Shown here piece after piece: positions 24,701 through 27,700 of a stretch of DNA of 48,658 bases (positions are counted from its first letter, which is position 1; each line of letters opens with the position of its first letter). The stretch lies in assembly GCA_043803685.1 (NCBI GenBank), contig JAZDJU010000059.1, forward strand, positions 1 to 48,658, written 5' to 3'. This DNA is from Candidatus Omnitrophota bacterium (GTDB lineage: Bacteria > Omnitrophota > Omnitrophia > Omnitrophales > Aquincolibacteriaceae). The position numbers and the translations under genes were made by a program. Below the pieces are notes generated by a model. That model saw only the letters and a list, made by a program, of their open reading frames with translations, had not been told where the DNA came from and did no database searches.

Positions 24701-27700
24701 GGCTATCTCGAGGCTAGGCTGCTTCCCTTTCAAGATGCCGGCGAGTTCGGGGTTTTTCGCCACTTCCGCTTGAAAGTTCTTGATCGCTTGAGGAATGTTC
24801 GCCTGGATCCAGGCGTTAAGGTTCGAGAGCGTTGCATCCTTCCCTTCTCGCGCAAGCGCGGCTTTACCTACCTCGATCACATTTCGAAGATCGGCCGAAT
24901 AAGTTCGCAACGCATCGCTTTCCTGATAGGAAACCGGTTCCTTAGCTTCTTTCACCGGAGCGGGAGCTTTAACCGCTGGCTCGGTAGCAGGCTTCGCCAT
25001 CGGAGCAACCTTCACCACGGCCTTCGAGAACCCTGCGTCAACCCATTGAAAGAGCACTTTGGTGTTCGTCCCAAAGTAGCCGGTGTCCGGAGAAACAGCA
25101 ACCGTCTGAAGTTTTGCGCCGCCCAACTGCGCGCTCATTGCGGCAGAAGGAGATCCCTTCAGAACACCGAGAAGCTCAGGATATTTTGACGCCTCAGTCT
25201 GGAAGTTTTTGATCAATCCGGGATACTGATCACGGAACCACTTATTGAGAAGCGCAGGCGTCCGCTCCATGCCTTCCTTAGCAAATGCTTTCTCACTCTC
25301 GGCAAGCCTGAGCTTCATTTCTCGAGTCAGTGTTCGCAGTGTCTGACTTTCAAGATACGCGCCCACCGCCGGAAACTCTTTGGATGGCTCAACGATCGAT
25401 TTAGCCGGTTCTTCAATAGTGACCGGTGCGATTACAGGAGTGACCTTCGGAGTGGCCATATCCGCAGGAGCTTGCGCAGCAGTTTTTCCAACACTCGCCT
25501 CCAGCTTGGCAAGTTTTCCTTGCAAAGAACGTATTTCCTCTAGATAGAGAGTCGTGTAAACATCGTTGAGTTGAGCGCTTGTCTTTCCGCTCACCACCAT
25601 CTCTTGTCTCAGCGCCAAACCATCTTGCGCAAATTTTATTTTTCCAAGCGTCTCTTTTATCTGCAAAGAGATCTCCTCAGCGGACCCACCTGCCGGCTCA
25701 GTGAATTTTTTAAACGCAGCTTCCGAAGCAGTCTTGGAAGTGGCCATGTCCGGAGTAGCTTGAGAAGCTTCCTCCGCAGCTTTCGGGATGAGATCTGCGG
25801 GAGGCGTCACCGCAAACGACGATGTCGGCGAAATAGATTCCAGGATACCATTCCCGAGAGCGGCAAACCCCGACACAACAGGATCAAGGGTTTTATGCCC
25901 CCACGAGATCATCTTGTGTTCGACAAAACCTACGACGTGACTCGCAAGCATCCAGTTTTCATTAAAGCGGAAATCAACACCCACGGACTCCAAGCCAGAA
26001 TTAGCCGCCCCTAATACCGATTTATCGAGCAACTGAACAAAGCCGTCCGTGCGGGCATCAAAAGCCAACCCTTGAACGTGCACAGGAGCCGCTCCCGCAT
26101 GATCAGGAACTTCAACGCCCGCAAGCGTTCCGATCTCAACATTCACAAGGGCCATACCAACGCCGCCCGCGTAAGACTCCATAAGATAAGCCTTAAAAAG
26201 GTCCCACGTGGTAAACACTGTAAAAATACTAACGAGTCTGGAACGGATCTGAAGAATTCCGCGATCCAACACAGACAAAGCCGGAGCTCCCTCTTGCGAC
26301 ACAAGCCCAAGGCTTTCGAGCTGAGCATCAAACTTCGCACGCTGAGCGTCAGAAGTAAACCGGATCAAGTTAAGCCTGCGGAGCGTCACGAGGTCCTGAG
26401 CCACATCGCGACTCAGTTTCCCTTCCGCGATCAACGAAAGGATCCGCATCACAACCTGCCCCGTCAAAAGAACCTGAAATGCCTGCAACCCTCTCAATTT
26501 TACGGGGGTCGAGGAACCTTCGGCGGTGAAAGTCGTCATTTGCGCTTCGATCGCGTCAAAAACTTTCCGGGACTCCTCGCTGACCCATCTATGGTTCGCA
26601 AGAATGGCTTTGTCGCTGAAATGCTGACTAAGAAGCCCGATATACTTTTCCATGGCAAGAGTGGCGCCCATTCCCATAGCCACGGCGAGCCCCTGAAGCG
26701 TGAGCGCTTTAGCCAACAGCGTAACAAAGGCACTCAGAACAGGAACTTCGGCGGTCAGAACAATGGCCTTTGCGAAAAATCCTGCAAAAAGCTGCGCGGA
26801 AGCAATACCCGCCGGGAGAAGCGAGAAACCGAGAGCCACCCCAGCGCCCACAACCATCATCAGAGCTGCAAGCTTCCACCGGCCTTCCATGAACTTCGCC
26901 AGAGGATTGAACCAGGGATCAATGCCCCAGGCATAAACTGAACGGGCGATACTGAGGGAGGTCTTTCCAAGAGCACTCTGGGGCATTCCATAGTTAAAGC
27001 CGTGAACGATCCTCTTGCCGAGATCCGCTTTCAGAAAAACGGCATAAGCGATCTTGTGTAAAAATCCCTTTCCTTTCCAGTCTTCATGGGTCGCACCGTA
27101 GTATTTTTGCTCCGACAACAACGCCACGCCGTCCAGCAACGAAAGAGCCTCAACAAGAGGCATCACCGTCTGCGTTTTGCTCTGGAACAATCCGAAACGC
27201 TGGCCCCATTTGTCCGGCCAGAATCGTACAAAGTTTAAAACGATGCCCGGCCAATGCCAAAACGCAAGTGCTCCCATAATGGGGTTAAACGCCATTTGAA
27301 CCGCACCCAGAGCCCCTTTCGCTTGTGTCTTACTTTGCGCCTTGATCTGCCTTTCCCGGGCCTTCGCACTAGCGACCTGTTCATCATGCGTGCGTTTGAA
27401 CTGGTTGTACGCAAGACGCCAATCAACTGAATCGAGATCCTTACCACGAACCTTCTGAAAATATTCCGCCGCGATCGTCTCATCGCCATCAAACCAGTTG
27501 TGGACCACCGCCTGCCTCAACTTTTCCTGACTCGCATTCCATGGATTCCACACCCATGTGAATTTAACTTTCCTCGGTTGGACATTTTCCGTGACCTGTG
27601 TCAAAGGCGTTAAAAACGCCGTGAATTTTTGTTCTGCTGAAACGACCTCGGATTTAGCGGCTTCGGGTGCGGCGGGTTGCGCTTCGGGCTGGGCGACCAC

